This document shows positions 29,831 to 41,873 of a DNA stretch of 64,000 nt, piece after piece; positions within the stretch are counted from its first letter, which is position 1, and each line of letters begins with the position of its first letter. Under the pieces are notes generated by a model, which was not told the origin of the DNA, did no database searches, and was given only the letters and a program-made list of their open reading frames with translations. Made by a program: the position numbers and the translations under genes. Source of the DNA: Octopus sinensis (lineage: Eukaryota); the NCBI RefSeq assembly GCF_006345805.1, contig NC_043007.1, positions 49,042,001-49,106,000 of the forward strand, given 5' to 3'.

Positions 29831-30960
29831 TCAAAATAAGCAACAACAATGACTCCGGTAATTTGGTATGATCGTTTCGTACTACATTTTATCAAATGTT
29901 GTAAGTATTACAACAGATTTAGGATGCTGTGTACTCATCAGCCAATTATAGAGCTCTTCCATCAGTACAAAATTTTTTAAATCAAGGGGCAACATTTTAG
30001 AGAAGGTAGATATATAGACAAAGATGTGGATTTAAATTTTAAGAACATATGAGATAGTGGAGTCCCTCCACTCACTGACTAAGATTTGGTTATTCCAGAC
30101 TGCTGCAAGGTTGGAAGCAATAAAGATTTTTTAATTGTAGAAATGGGGTGAAGTGGGTTTCAGAACTCCATAAAAGGAATTCATGTTGAAGACAGCAATT
30201 GCCACTACTAAATTCCAATTACTACTATTTGATGAGAGAACTAGGTCAATGTCAAATGGTCCCAATCCCATTCACAGAGAGTGTAATTTAGAGAAAAAAA
30301 AGGCTATCACTTATTATTATGAGTAGGCATAGTATTTTTTAACTGGGGGAAAGCCTTATTAATTTTAAAGCTAGATTAATTTTAGAAAAAGAATTCAATT
30401 TCAAGTTTGCAGTGAAGTTTTTTTTATTCATCTATGAATGTTAAATTGAAAGCCAGTATGGTATATTTCTTCTTATTTGATTATAAAGAATTAAAATTTG
30501 AAAAATATAGGAATACTCACAAAATTATTATTTAAAGTATTTAAACGTTCGGGTTGTACAATGTATACAAGATCCTCCCAACTCCAGACGGTTATTCAAC
30601 AGATTTGTATTACTCTGATGTTTCAAAATTTCATAAGTTTCCTTAGAACAAAGTTGACAACCATCCCTACTATTTCTATAAGGTTGCGCCCTTCTAACTA
30701 TATCCCATTTTAGGTTGAATTCTATATTATTTGTATTTAGTTCCCAAATTTTGCTAGATAGTGTTGTGCAACCTGCCTTATGTTTGAGTCTAAAAGAGGA
30801 AAAATGATTGTTAAGACATCTTTTAAGATCCACCGAACAACCGAAATAAAGAAAGCTATTGCTAGAAGTTATTATCATGCATTTATAAATTACGTTTTGG
30901 ACCGAACAACGACCAGATACCAGACATTTTGATCTAATCCTACAATTACAACTGGGGGAT
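29830..30960 (-). mobile_element. Penelope-like element remnant (GIY-YIG ORF 30528-30878, long 3' UTR, hammerhead)
   Basis: LYFGCS, HFSSF, TTLSSKIWEL, KWDIVRRAQPY, CQLCSKE; same endonuclease type as 4994-5620. Confidence 0.85.
29859..29948 (-). ncRNA. Type I hammerhead, one substitution from canonical
   Basis: UAAUUGG-CUGAUGA-GUAC...GUAC-GAAAC-GAUC-AUA^CCAAAUUA; G16.2 reads A. Confidence 0.7.
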
Positions 30961-31070
30961 AGTGTCCGGTACTGGAAATATTTAAGGACAGTTCACTTTC
31001 ATTACTGTTATTTAACCCTAATTACAGTTTAACCCTCACTACAGTTTTCACTTCCTTGTCACTGGAATAA

Positions 31071-31387
31071 TTTAGCACCTTTAGACTATCATCTCTTCGG
31101 TCCCATGAAAGAGGGCTTGAGAGGCAAACATTATTCCAGTGACGAGGAAGTGAAAACTGTAGTGAAGAATTGGCTCAAAGAACAGTCAACAGAATTTTAA
31201 GGGGTCAGGGATACATGCTCTCATTCGGAGGTGGAACATTGCTATTGAGAGAAACAGTGACTATGTTGAGAAGTAAGGATGTGATCCACAGAGGACCAGC
31301 TTCATTTTGATGTATGATACATGTTCCGGTGTTGGTAATTATACCTGTCCTAAACAAAATGGCAGTACTTTTTGACTCATCCTTGTG

Positions 31388-31390
<3 letters not shown>
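31071..31390 (+). mobile_element. Mariner transposon 3' remnant
   Basis: LAPLDYHLFGPMKEGLRGKHYSSDEEVKTVVKNWL...GIHALIRRWNIAIERNSDYVEK*; TIR-like tactttttgactcatcc at ~31366-31383. Confidence 0.85.
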
Positions 31391-31429
<39 letters not shown>

Positions 31430-31433
31430 CACA

Positions 31434-31645
31434 CAGCTGTAAGATCTAGTTTATATTTATTTATACGTATTGTACTTATGGTATCATATTACTCATTGAT
31501 GTGTACTGTTTTGTTCTGTATTATTGTGTTTGATCTTGATGTTCCTATGTAGTTGGTTAATAAATTATGTGAATGGGTATTATCTGGTAGTTGATTATTG
31601 ATTAAGGTATATTCCTCCATTTTCTTATTTTGTATATTTTTTAAA
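31434..31645 (+). repeat. Dispersed repeat homologous to 43084-43310 (and loosely to ~4260-4400)
   Basis: acagctgtaagat.tagtttatatttat...tattgattaagg.tatt.ctccattttcttattttgtata is shared. Confidence 0.75.
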
Positions 31646-31730
31646 TATTTTATTTTATTTTATCTAGTTTCAGCTCACGAGCTGTGGCCATGCTGGGGCA
31701 CCGCCATTATATATATATATATATATATAT

Positions 31731-32823
31731 GCATAGTTTCTGTTACCTAGGTGACCAAGTCAGTAGCAGGTGTGAATGCTCTAAGAATGCAGCTGCTAGA
31801 ATAAGAATAGCCTGGGTAAAGTTCAGAGAGCTCCCACCTCTGCTGGTGACAAAGGGCCTCTTGCTCTGAGTAAATGGTAGACTGTATGATGCACATGTGT
31901 GAACAGCCATGCTACATGGCATTGAAACATGAGCCGTGACTGCTGAGGATATGTGTAGGCTTGTAAAGAATGAAGTTAGTATACTCTACTGGATGTGTAA
32001 TGTCAGTGTGCATACATAACAGAGTGTAATCGCCCTGAGAGAAAAGTTGGATATAAGAAGCATCAGATGTGGTGTGCAAGAGAGACGACTGTGCTGGTAT
32101 GGTCATGTGTTGCGTATGGATGCTGATAGCTGTGTAAAAATGTATCACACCCTAGCAGTAGAGGGAACCTGTGGAAGAGGTAGACTTGGGAAGACCTGGG
32201 ATGAGGTCATGAAGCACGATCTTCGAACGTTGGGTCTCACAGAAGCAATGACAAGTGACCGAGACCTTTGCAGATATGCTGTGCTTGAGAAGACTTGGCA
32301 AGCCAAGTGAGACTGTAACCATGGCCTATGCCAGTGCAGCATAACTGGCCCATTTAAGAGTACCCTTTAATCATTGGGCAATAAACTGTGTTTGCAAAGA
32401 CCTGTTGAGTCAAGAGAAGTCGTTGTTGTGGCAGATGACAGCACCACCTGATTGGCACCCATGTTGGTGGCATGTAAAAAGCACCATTCGAGTGTGGCCA
32501 ATCCCAGTGCCGGTGGCACATAAAAAGCACCATTTGAACGTGGTTGTTGCCAGTGCTGCCTGACTGGCTCCCGTGCCAGTGGCACATAAAAAGCACCATT
32601 CAAGTGTGGTTGATGCCAGCACCACCTAACTGGCCCTCATGCCGGTGTCACATAAAAAACACCCACTACACTATCAGAGTGGTTAGTGTTAGGAAGGGCA
32701 TCCATATGTAGAAACTTTGCCTGATCAGATTGGAACCTGGTGCAGCCTTCTGGCTTGCCAGATAATGTCAAACCGTCCAACTCATGCCAGCATGGAAAGT
32801 GGACATTGAATGATGATGATGAT
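31731..32823 (+). mobile_element. RTE-clade LINE 3' remnant with 3' UTR and (GAT)n tail
   Basis: SFCYLGD, ARIRIAWVKFREL, RRLCWYGHVLRMD, GTCGRGRLGKTWDEV. The UTR contains aaaaagcaccattc repeats and is homologous to 60630-61310 (inverted). Confidence 0.88.
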
Positions 32824-33117
32824 ACATATAGATTAGTGGAGAGTATAAACATCACCAATGAAAATAGTGGTTTTGAATTATAAAAATCCCCTGACTAATA
32901 TTTGTTCTGCCCAAGTTTCAGAGATAATCTCTTGTCATTGTAGCTGTCAGAAATGCTGAAGGCCAGTGACTTGATCACCCTAGAATCCAGTAACCAATGG
33001 TATTCTACTTCCCCATATGTGATACAATTTGAAATATCAAAAGAAAAAATTATTTAAGGAAAAGGATTTTACTATTTTATTGATAAAGTTTTTATAATTG
33101 TAAAATTATTTTTTATT

Positions 33118-34632
33118 TTAATCCATTTTCTTCTTTTTTACACAACAACATCGGTAACATTTTTGAATGACAAATTTTACCAAACACAGTGAGACAATAA
33201 TTACAGTCAGAAACACAGCATATATATCCAGCATGAGAAATTGGTAAAGCGGCATAGACTGAAAGGGAGATCTGATGTAATTTCCACCATATTTAATCAC
33301 ATTGTCTATATAGCGTGCACCTTTAGCTGCAGGACTTTCTGGACGAGAACGGAATATTTCACTTGCTTGTTTAATCTTGTTTTTATATTTGGGATTTACA
33401 ATCAGTTCATTAATGGTTGAAACAAGCTCATCTTTAGTGTAATTAAACATATCCATCGAGATTCCATATCCCTTTACTTGCATTCGGTGACCATTGTGAA
33501 ACTGATCTGCAAAGACTGGAAAACCAAGCATAGGCACTCCATGGTAGAGAGCCTCAAACTGACCATTACTACCACAATGTGTAATAAAGAGTTTTGTTTT
33601 TGGATGACCCAAAAGATCATTTTGCGGTAGCCATTTTGTTACAAAAATGTTTGGAGCTAAATACTTTGAAGGTGATAGTTTCCAAATCACATCATATTTT
33701 ATTGCTTTAAAAGCCATCTCCATCTTTTGTATATGTTCTTCTGGTACTTTACTGACAATACTTCCAAAAGAAACAACAATGAGTCCATTCTTAGATTTTT
33801 CGACAAATTTTTTGACATCACCTTCTAATGGAGCTGCTTTACGTGTTGACACGCCACCAATATATTTAACATTTGGAAGTGCTGGCAGAGGCTGGCTCAG
33901 TAAAAAATCAGTTTCAGTTAAATACAATTCTGCCTGGTGTAAGAGACTACGAAATGAAATATCAGGTTTCTCTGGAGCGTATTCTTTAACACTTCTTGAA
34001 GGCATGCCCCTTGGCTTTGCAAAATACATGTAATATGCTCCAACAGCACCTTTCAACCTTTGAAAAAACGTAATTTTGTTGGGGTCTTGAAAACCTATGG
34101 AAGTGAAAACAGCTGGAAGCCAGGGATCTCGACTAAGAATTGGTGGTCCAGGATTGATACCTAGAAACACAAATGGTATGGATAATCTATAAGGAATTAT
34201 TGCCAAACAATTACTCATAAAGACAAAGTCTATCACAGCTATGGAAGCATTTACCTTCTTCAAATATTGGAACCAATCTTCATCTAAAAGAAGATTATCA
34301 CAGACTTCATCCATAATTTCAAATATATCCTTCATTGTAGAGTTCCCACTCAAAAAATAGTTGAGGGTTGTTTCAAAAAATTTGTTAACATTGTGATCAT
34401 CTTTCATCTTCAAAAGTTCAACACCTTTGAATGACTGAAACATTTTTGCCATTTTATCTGGCATCGGAAAATAACTGGTGTGACCATATTTGCTCAGCTC
34501 ACTCCCAACATAAGCCAAGCTCTGTAAGTGACTAAAGTATGGCCATGAAAGTAGCAGGACATTATCGGCTTTGGTATATTTCACTCCAGCTGAAATGCTG
34601 AATACAATTAGGCTAAACCATATTAGGTTCAT
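33118..34632 (-). CDS. UDP-glucuronosyltransferase / UDP-glycosyltransferase (GT1), single coding exon, 504 aa
   Basis: Signal peptide (MNLIWFSLIVFSISAGVKYTKA); catalytic His in SHLQS and Asp in AVIDF; UGT signature WLPQNDLLGHPKTKLFITHCGSNGQFEALYHGVPMLGFPVFADQ; C-terminal TM (LDIYAVFLTVIIVSLCLVKFVI); KKKKMD ER-retrieval tail. AATAAA follows the stop. Confidence 0.97.
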   Translation of the reverse strand: MNLIWFSLIVFSISAGVKYTKADNVLLLSWPYFSHLQSLAYVGSELSKYGHTSYFPMPDKMAKMFQSFKGVELLKMKDDHNVNKFFETTLNYFLSGNSTMKDIFEIMDEVCDNLLLDEDWFQYLKKVNASIAVIDFVFMSNCLAIIPYRLSIPFVFLGINPGPPILSRDPWLPAVFTSIGFQDPNKITFFQRLKGAVGAYYMYFAKPRGMPSRSVKEYAPEKPDISFRSLLHQAELYLTETDFLLSQPLPALPNVKYIGGVSTRKAAPLEGDVKKFVEKSKNGLIVVSFGSIVSKVPEEHIQKMEMAFKAIKYDVIWKLSPSKYLAPNIFVTKWLPQNDLLGHPKTKLFITHCGSNGQFEALYHGVPMLGFPVFADQFHNGHRMQVKGYGISMDMFNYTKDELVSTINELIVNPKYKNKIKQASEIFRSRPESPAAKGARYIDNVIKYGGNYIRSPFQSMPLYQFLMLDIYAVFLTVIIVSLCLVKFVIQKCYRCCCVKKKKMD

Positions 34633-34669
34633 TGTACTTTTTGGGTAGATATCTTGTTGATGGATATTT

Positions 34670-34695
34670 CTGTAAATAAAACAAAAATTTCAATT
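34670..34695 (-). promoter_or_regulatory. Probable splice acceptor of a 5' UTR intron of the UGT
   Basis: Minus strand aattttttgttttatttacAG ending at 34670, 38 nt upstream of the ATG. Confidence 0.5.
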
Positions 34696-35379
34696 CAGAG
34701 GAAATAAAACAAAATTTAAGTTATTATTCATTAGATCATCATCATTATTTCTGAAAGTTATCATCATTACATGTTGGAAATACACATTTTTTGGGTAAAC
34801 AAAAAGATATGTGTAGTGGTGAAGCCAACCACTTTACAAACAGTATTTAGCACATTTTGTCATGACACCAGCACTAGAGAAGTTGTTTCATTCTTGACGA
34901 GGCTAAAGTATTCTTTCCACTCTACATTTTCTTCATTCATTCACTAACACTGGAAACTTATCTTATCTTTTGGCAGCAACAGAAAGATCAACTGTTTTGT
35001 CCCAAGCAGACAGAAAAGTTATGTAAGACAATCAGAGCAAGAAGGTGATGGAGGAAGAAATAAAGGAGGGGAGAGAAAATAACAGCAGTGGGAGTGTGAT
35101 AGAGGAAGAAGCACAGGAAGAGAGCAATAGAAGTAGGAAGGTGATACAGGTAGGAAAGTGTTTGGGGTGGGAGGGTGATAGAGGAGACAATAAAGGAGAA
35201 ATGGTAGTAGTGGGAGAGTGAGAGAAATAGGAAAGCAAGAGAGAAAGAGCAGGAAGATGATAAAGGACAAAGTAAAGGAAGAGAAACAATGATAGACAGC
35301 TACATGATGTCTCTTGGTAAGGAGCTTAAGGAGCAAACAGCATGAGTGGTATGATTAAGGATGAGAGAAAATAACAGAA

Positions 35380-35760
35380 TTACAGAGTTGGTCAAAGATT
35401 TGGAGAATAAAATTCCAGACAAGAAAGTAAAGTCTAGAATTGAAAGGCCTTAAAGAAAACTCAGCAATGGTTAAAATTTTATTAAATCATAAAGGCCTGA
35501 GCCTAAAACTATCAGGAAAATTGTCAAGATTTGATAAGAAGAAAAGAGAAGAAATTTTGTGTTGTATTAAATGTAAACTGGAACTGCACAAGTGGTATAG
35601 TGAGAACACAAATAGATGAACAGCATAGGTAGTAGATGCACAGGTACAATAGATTCTTTGAAATGTGCGGTGGGAGTGATGGTTCTGAAAACATAGCAGT
35701 CAGAAAGAGAATGGTTTGGAATAAGTTAGAGTTATTTTCTCAGCTAGTGGTAAGTGTTTC
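35380..35760 (+). mobile_element. Highly degenerate RTE-LINE relic
   Basis: Fragments EILCCIKCKLELHKWYS and CGGSDGSENIAVRKRMVWNKL resemble the region around ARIRIAW in the RTE at 31731. Confidence 0.45.
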
Positions 35761-36209
35761 TCTTTGTATTCATAGAGTTCATTCCATGACACTTTGCCCT
35801 CATCCAAACAATAATGGTTAAAGACATGCATGCATCCATGCCAGCATATCTGTATCATTAAAAATGCTGACAATTTTATTAATGACAGAAAATGGTGCAG
35901 CCATTCAAAACAATGATAGAAACTATTGATAAATTCCTTACCTAAAGACTTAGCACTTTTTATTTAACAGTAAAATACTACAAATTATTCATAAAATTGA
36001 CAGTGCTTTTTATATCAATGAAACTTTTTATAACAAATCTTTTAATGAGTGTGTGTAAGAAAGTAAGTATTAAACTATTTTCTTTTGCTTGAAAGCATTT
36101 TTTCTGAAGCAACTACCATTGCGTTCTGTGAGTCATTGGTTTTTATCTTTTTCCATTTAATCATGATACCTCTCACTTTATGCAATTTTAAAACTGCTAT
36201 TACAATAAG

Positions 36210-36350
36210 CACAGGTATGGCTGTGTGGTTAAGAAGCACCTTTTGCAAAAATGTGATTTCTGGATTAGTCCCACTGTGTGGCACCTTGGACAAGTGTCTT
36301 CTACTATAGCTCTAGGCTAACCAGTTCCCTGAGAGTGGATTGGTAGATGA
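36210..36350 (+). mobile_element. SINE 5' part
   Basis: ggtatggctgtgtggttaagaagc...gtggcaccttggacaagtgtcttctactatagc matches 58362-58500. Confidence 0.75.
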
Positions 36351-36394
36351 AAATATGTGAAAATCATATATATATATATATACACACACACATA

Positions 36395-38932
36395 CAAGCA
36401 TACCTCACCCTACGTCGTTAATTAATTCCAAGAAATATGACTTCAGTCGAATTAACTTGTCTCTAGGCTAGGCCGAATTTACTTGTCTCTAGGTTAAACT
36501 GATAATAACCATTCCCAGTTCTGTACTTCATTTATGAAAGTATTTTCAGTATTACATGGTTAATAAAAACCTATTTTAAGGTAACAAAAAAGTAAATTTT
36601 ATTTATTAAAATACAGTACAGTAAAAAAAAAAAAGGTAATATAAACTTACAAATATAATTTGGCAGTGTTTACTGTACATTGCAGATGCCTGATTTATGA
36701 ATGCAGTTTGCAATAAGACGTTATAAAATAAAAGCTTTTTTAAGCTTAAAAAAAACAAATTCAGCAATATATTATTTTGCAATAGTAAAACAAACTAAAT
36801 TATCTTAAACTTACCAATATGTACATACAATTTGGTGGTTTACATTGCGGAAGTAGATGGCTGTGGATCGTCAACATCAACAGCTGACTCTTGGCTGTTC
36901 TTGTTCAGTGCACTTAAAAAAACGGTTGAGAGTTCCTTGAACTATCTTCTTCTTTTCCTCAAGGATTACATTAAAAGGAGCAAAAGCTTTGTGACAAGCC
37001 CCCATAATTTTCAGAAAAGCGTTGAGCATTTGGATCCATACCCTTGAACATAGAAAGACCTTTTTCAATATATGCAATTGCTTGCTGTATTTTCTTAATG
37101 GTTAAGTGATGTGGCTCAGGTTTGACTTCCACTTTTTAATTTTGTTGCTTGTGAAGCTCTATCAAATCCTCGTTCATCAGGGTTTGCTTGTCTTTTCCAA
37201 ATAAATCTGTGAAATCTTCCTCCTCCAAATCCATTTCCAGTTCTTTGCTCATAATCACCAATGTTTTGTTGATGGCAACATTACCAAACTCCTTAAAATC
37301 ATTCATGAATTGTGGGCATAGCTTCTTCCATATACTATTCCTGGCCATACTCTGTACGTCATTCCTTGCCACTGCTATTTCTGTACAGCCTTGTAGATAT
37401 CGTATCTCTTCTAAAAGTCATGAAGTGTGATGGACTCATCAAGATCAGTTACAGCTATTGCTTGCCACAGAGTATGCTTCATATAGCAAATGCTTGAAGA
37501 TAGCAATTATTCCTTGATCCATTGGCTGCAGAAGAGATGTGGTGTTTGAATGAGGTATACAACAGTAGCATTAGGGTCAAAATCTACAATGTTTTACAGG
37601 TGTCCAGGAGTATTATCTAAGATAAGTAAAACCAAGGAATCCTCTTCTCCTTACAGTACTTCTCTGCTACTGGGATAAAATAATTGAAGAACCAATCTTC
37701 AAAAACAAGAACAGTAAACAATGCTTTTGAATTAGCCATCCATATAACAGGGAGAGATGCCTTGGGTATGTTTTTTCAGGGCACAAAGGCTGTGTGCATG
37801 ATACACAAGCAATGGCTTTAACTTAAAATCTCCTGCACAATTACCTCCCAACATAATGGTCACATATTCTTTTGAGACCTTGTAGCCTGGAATAGTTTTC
37901 TCCTCCTTGGAAATGAATGAACAGTCTGGCAATTTTTTCCAATACAATCCAGTTTTGTCTACATTAAAAATCTGTTTGGGAAGAAACCGGTTTTCTTCAA
38001 TGACTTTCTTTAATGCATTAGAAATTCCACTGCTGCTTGTTCATCAGCTGATGCACTTTCATCTTGCTTCTTAATGGAGTGATAACTTCTTTGCTCCTTA
38101 AATCTCATGAACTATCCTTGACTTGCCTTGAACTCTACATCTTTCTCATCTGATATTTTTTCTTCAGTCCACAAACAAAGACAATGCTTTCTCTTGAATG
38201 ATTTCTTGACTAATAGTAGTATGCTGACAATTCAACCTAACAATCCAAAGAGAAAAGAAGACTTTTCATTTCTTCAAAGATTTTGCCTCTTTTCTTGTTG
38301 ATGACAGTGTTCTTCATTCCTGGGGCATCAGATTTGATATGTGCTAAAATCTTGTCCTTATTGTGTATAATTGTCGATACAGTCTTCTGGCTCACCCCAA
38401 AAACCTACCACTTTTTCACCTTTCTCGTGGCATTTTATCACAGCCAGTTTATCTTCCAGCGACACTTTGCATTTTCACTATGAATTTTCTTAGGAGTCAT
38501 AGTGGCAAAAAATAAAGTCACAAATGAATGAGAAAGTAGCTGATAAGCAGATGCAAACAAATCTGAGTTCAAAACAGTAGCAGGAATCATGAGTGACAAT
38601 GACGCCTAACAGTAGATATTGGAACTACAATGCAATATGAGCTCTGAAAGAATGATAAATAAGACAAACACATCTAATTTCATGATTTCGTTCACTAAGC
38701 TACACTACTTTACGGTGTATCTAAACATTTACTGTATGTATTTTGATATGACTTTATATGCTTTTATTCTTATTTATTGTACCGTAACATGATTTTATGT
38801 GCTTTTAATGGTTTTCTAGTGATTTTACGATTCCAATATTTGTGGCAGACAGTAAAATGACAACTTGATTTTTATTTTTCCATATAATTGAGAATGACTT
38901 AAATCGAAATGACTCAAGCTGAGGTATACTTG
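36395..38932 (-). mobile_element. Full-length decayed Tigger/pogo-type transposon (~2.54 kb) with TIRs and TA TSD
   Basis: TA|caagcatacctca... and ...tgaggtatacttg|TA (19/25 matches by eye). Degenerate transposase ~37135-38500: QIFNVDKTGLYWKKLP, LGGNCAGDFKLKPLLVY, LLILDNTPGH. Confidence 0.85.
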
Positions 38933-38934
38933 TA

Positions 38935-39789
38935 TAGTGGTTGTTACTTTCTGTTGCTTCCTTTCTATCGTTTATCACCACATTCTCCCTCTTTGTTTCT
39001 CTCTCCTTTCTCTCTCACTTTCCCACTCTCATACACTTTCTTTCTCTCAGACTCTTCCTTGCTTTCTCTTACTCTCTATCTTTCTCTATGTATCTCTCTC
39101 CCATTTATAAACAACAAAAGATCTTGAGTAAGTTGAGAAAGAAAATATTTTGAAAGATCAGTCATAAATATCAGGCAGTGACAACGGAAAAGTCTGCTTC
39201 AAGGCAGACAGCAAAACACTAACATTTAAAAGGGACAGACGACCTTGCGAGCTGAATAAAAAAAAAAAATTGGAAACCAAAGTTTGAAGGGATAGAATCT
39301 GAGGATAGTAGAGTCACTATGGCTGGCATTTCTTAACGACGGACAGCAACGTAGTGGCAGTTTAACGGCTGGCGTAAAATTTTGAACTTGATGTAAAAGA
39401 AAATTCCTAAACACCAAGTTTTGAAGTGATTCTCTCTTGCGACAGTAGACTCACCATGGCAGGCATTCAAAACTTCTTCATGACGGACGGCAACACATTG
39501 ACGATTAAAAGGCTGGCGCAATTTTTAGCTTGATGTAACAGAGAATTCCTAAACACCCGCTCCTGTAAATTTTAATCCCCTTCCAGCCCCATTTAGACCC
39601 CTTTTCACATTTTGGTTAATATAACCCGATTTCATTCGGGTCTACTCGGGCCACATTTTATAAGATGAGGAATTTTGTCCTAGAGGTCACGCCTTTAATT
39701 TCAGGAAAAAAATACTTGCCATGCAAAGTCGCCAGCACTTTTAACATAGGTGTGCATATTTTCAGCTCAACCGACCACATAATGCACAC

Positions 39790-39790
<1 letters not shown>
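38935..39790 (-). mobile_element. Helitron family B-related relic with an internal ~115-bp tandem duplication
   Basis: Shares modules with 13170-13375, 13480-13525 and 13720-13885 in inverted orientation; abuts the Tigger TIR. Confidence 0.6.
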
Positions 39791-39821
<31 letters not shown>

Positions 39822-39823
<2 letters not shown>

Positions 39824-40044
39824 CGAGCTGGTAGAAACGTTAGCACGCCGAGCGAAATTCGTAGCCGTATTTCGTCTGTCGTTACGTTCCGAGTTCAAAT
39901 TCCGCCGAGGTCGACTTTGCCTTTCATCCTTTCGGGGTCGATAAATTAAGTACCAGTTACGCACTGGGGTCGATGTAGTCGACTTAATCCCTTTGTCTGT
40001 CCTTGTTTGTCCCCTCTGTGTTTAGCCCCTTGTGGGTAGTAAAG

Positions 40045-40048
<4 letters not shown>
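39822..40048 (+). mobile_element. Third tRNA-derived SINE family
   Basis: ggcgagctggtagaaacgttagc (A box), gagttcaaattcc (B box), central gaggtcgactttgcctttcatcctttcggggtcgataaa. Degenerate reverse fragments at ~44800-44890, 50745-50820 and 54455-54530. Confidence 0.8.
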
Positions 40049-40078
<30 letters not shown>

Positions 40079-40133
40079 GCATTATATATACAAATGTATA
40101 CTATATATATATAAAATACAGATATATACACTT

Positions 40134-40181
<48 letters not shown>

Positions 40182-40215
40182 GTATATATACAAAGTGTAT
40201 ATATCTATATTTATA

Positions 40216-40270
<55 letters not shown>

Positions 40271-40324
40271 CAGGTATATACACTTTGTATATATACATTA
40301 TATAAACATATTTATATGTATAGA

Positions 40325-40365
<41 letters not shown>

Positions 40366-40614
40366 AATTAACCCAATAAATATCCGATTCATAATATTTG
40401 TTCTTATGATTGTGTGGTGGTGGTGGCGATAATAATTCTCTCTATAAATGAAGACAGACGTAGAGAGAGAGGGGGATGTGGGCGAAAGAGTGAAGGCGGT
40501 GAGGGAAAGGTAGTAGACGCTGTCAAACGACGTTCTAGAGAGAAAGTGAAAGGAAGGGAGGGAAGAGAGAGAGAGACGGAGGAAGACAGGCAGATAAGAG
40601 AATGAGAGAAGACT

Positions 40615-40815
40615 TGTCAAAGTGTGCGTTTTTTGCCCTAGTAACCACACTTTTTAAGATAGGGATTTCTAACCTAGCCCACTCACATCCTCACCTTATT
40701 TTACATGTCCCTGTAAATTTTGGAGTCAATCCGACGGGATCTAGTACCCTTTAACCCGTTCCAATGCCAAAACCAGACAAACACTTTTCGCATTTCAGAT
40801 TTATAGATATTGATG
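40615..40815 (-). repeat. Inverted diverged copy of ~11490-11690
   Basis: gccctagtaaccaca, tacatgtccctgtaaatttt and ttcagatttatagatattgat match the reverse complement of that region. Confidence 0.7.
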
Positions 40816-41804
40816 ATATGATATATATATATATATATATATACACACGTGGCTTGGTTGTTAGGGCATTGGTGAAGGCACGTGGCTTGGTGGTTAGGGC
40901 ATTCGGTCGTGAGTTCAATTCCTAGTGATGCGTGTCCTTTAATTAGACACTTTATTTCACGTTGCTCCAGTCTACTCAGCTGGGACCCTCATTGGGGTGT
41001 ACACATCTGTAGTTATGCCTTAGAGTTAATGTTATCAAGTAAGCCCCTCTCTTCAAAATTATTGATCAATAAATTTGAAGGGAGGGGCTTAGTTGATAAT
41101 ATTAACTCTAAGGCATAACTACATATGTGTACCCCCTCGGTCTAAGACTTTGTTGCCTCATAACTTCCAGAAATTTTCAACAAATACCACTTAGATGCTG
41201 TGGATTCAGAGTATATGAGGATCTATGGGAAAAAAATTTCTCGAGGGGGTGGGCAGAGGATTAAGAAGACCAAATAAGTTGGAACTACGGAGATTTTCCC
41301 CATTTTTAATTTCATCACAGCATTCGAAATGATGAAGGTAATCTTTTTATAAAAAAAAGTTTATAAAATTTTTTTACAATCCCCACCTCACTCCGGACCG
41401 ATTTTGGTCAATTTTCTTGCACTTAAAAACCATGGGAGGAACTTTTTCGGAAAAATAAAAAAATGTAAATATTTTCAGAGGAAAAGTTGTACGATTCAAG
41501 GAAGCTTTGGCTGTTGTTTCTAGCACATTCCAAGATGCTGAAGTAACATATGCGTGGTAAAAAAAAAACTGGAATTTAAATTTTTACTACCATCTCAATC
41601 AAGTGAAGTTGTGTATATGAGTAAGAAAAAATATTGGTTAATGTTTACATCTTGACCCGGAAATAAAAATCCCCTCCCCCCAAAAAAGTACTGGAATGAG
41701 TGTAAAACAATGTGTAAGAAATGAATATGAAAAATAAAATGCGTGCAAAGCAACGGGAGGGTGGGGAGAGGACTTCGGAAAATTCACAAAATCCAAGTTT
41801 TTCC

Positions 41805-41873
<69 letters not shown>

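Noticed and set aside
35019-35336. 105-aa hydrophobic ORF upstream of the UGT
   Set aside because: Translation of a degenerate GA-rich low-complexity tract.
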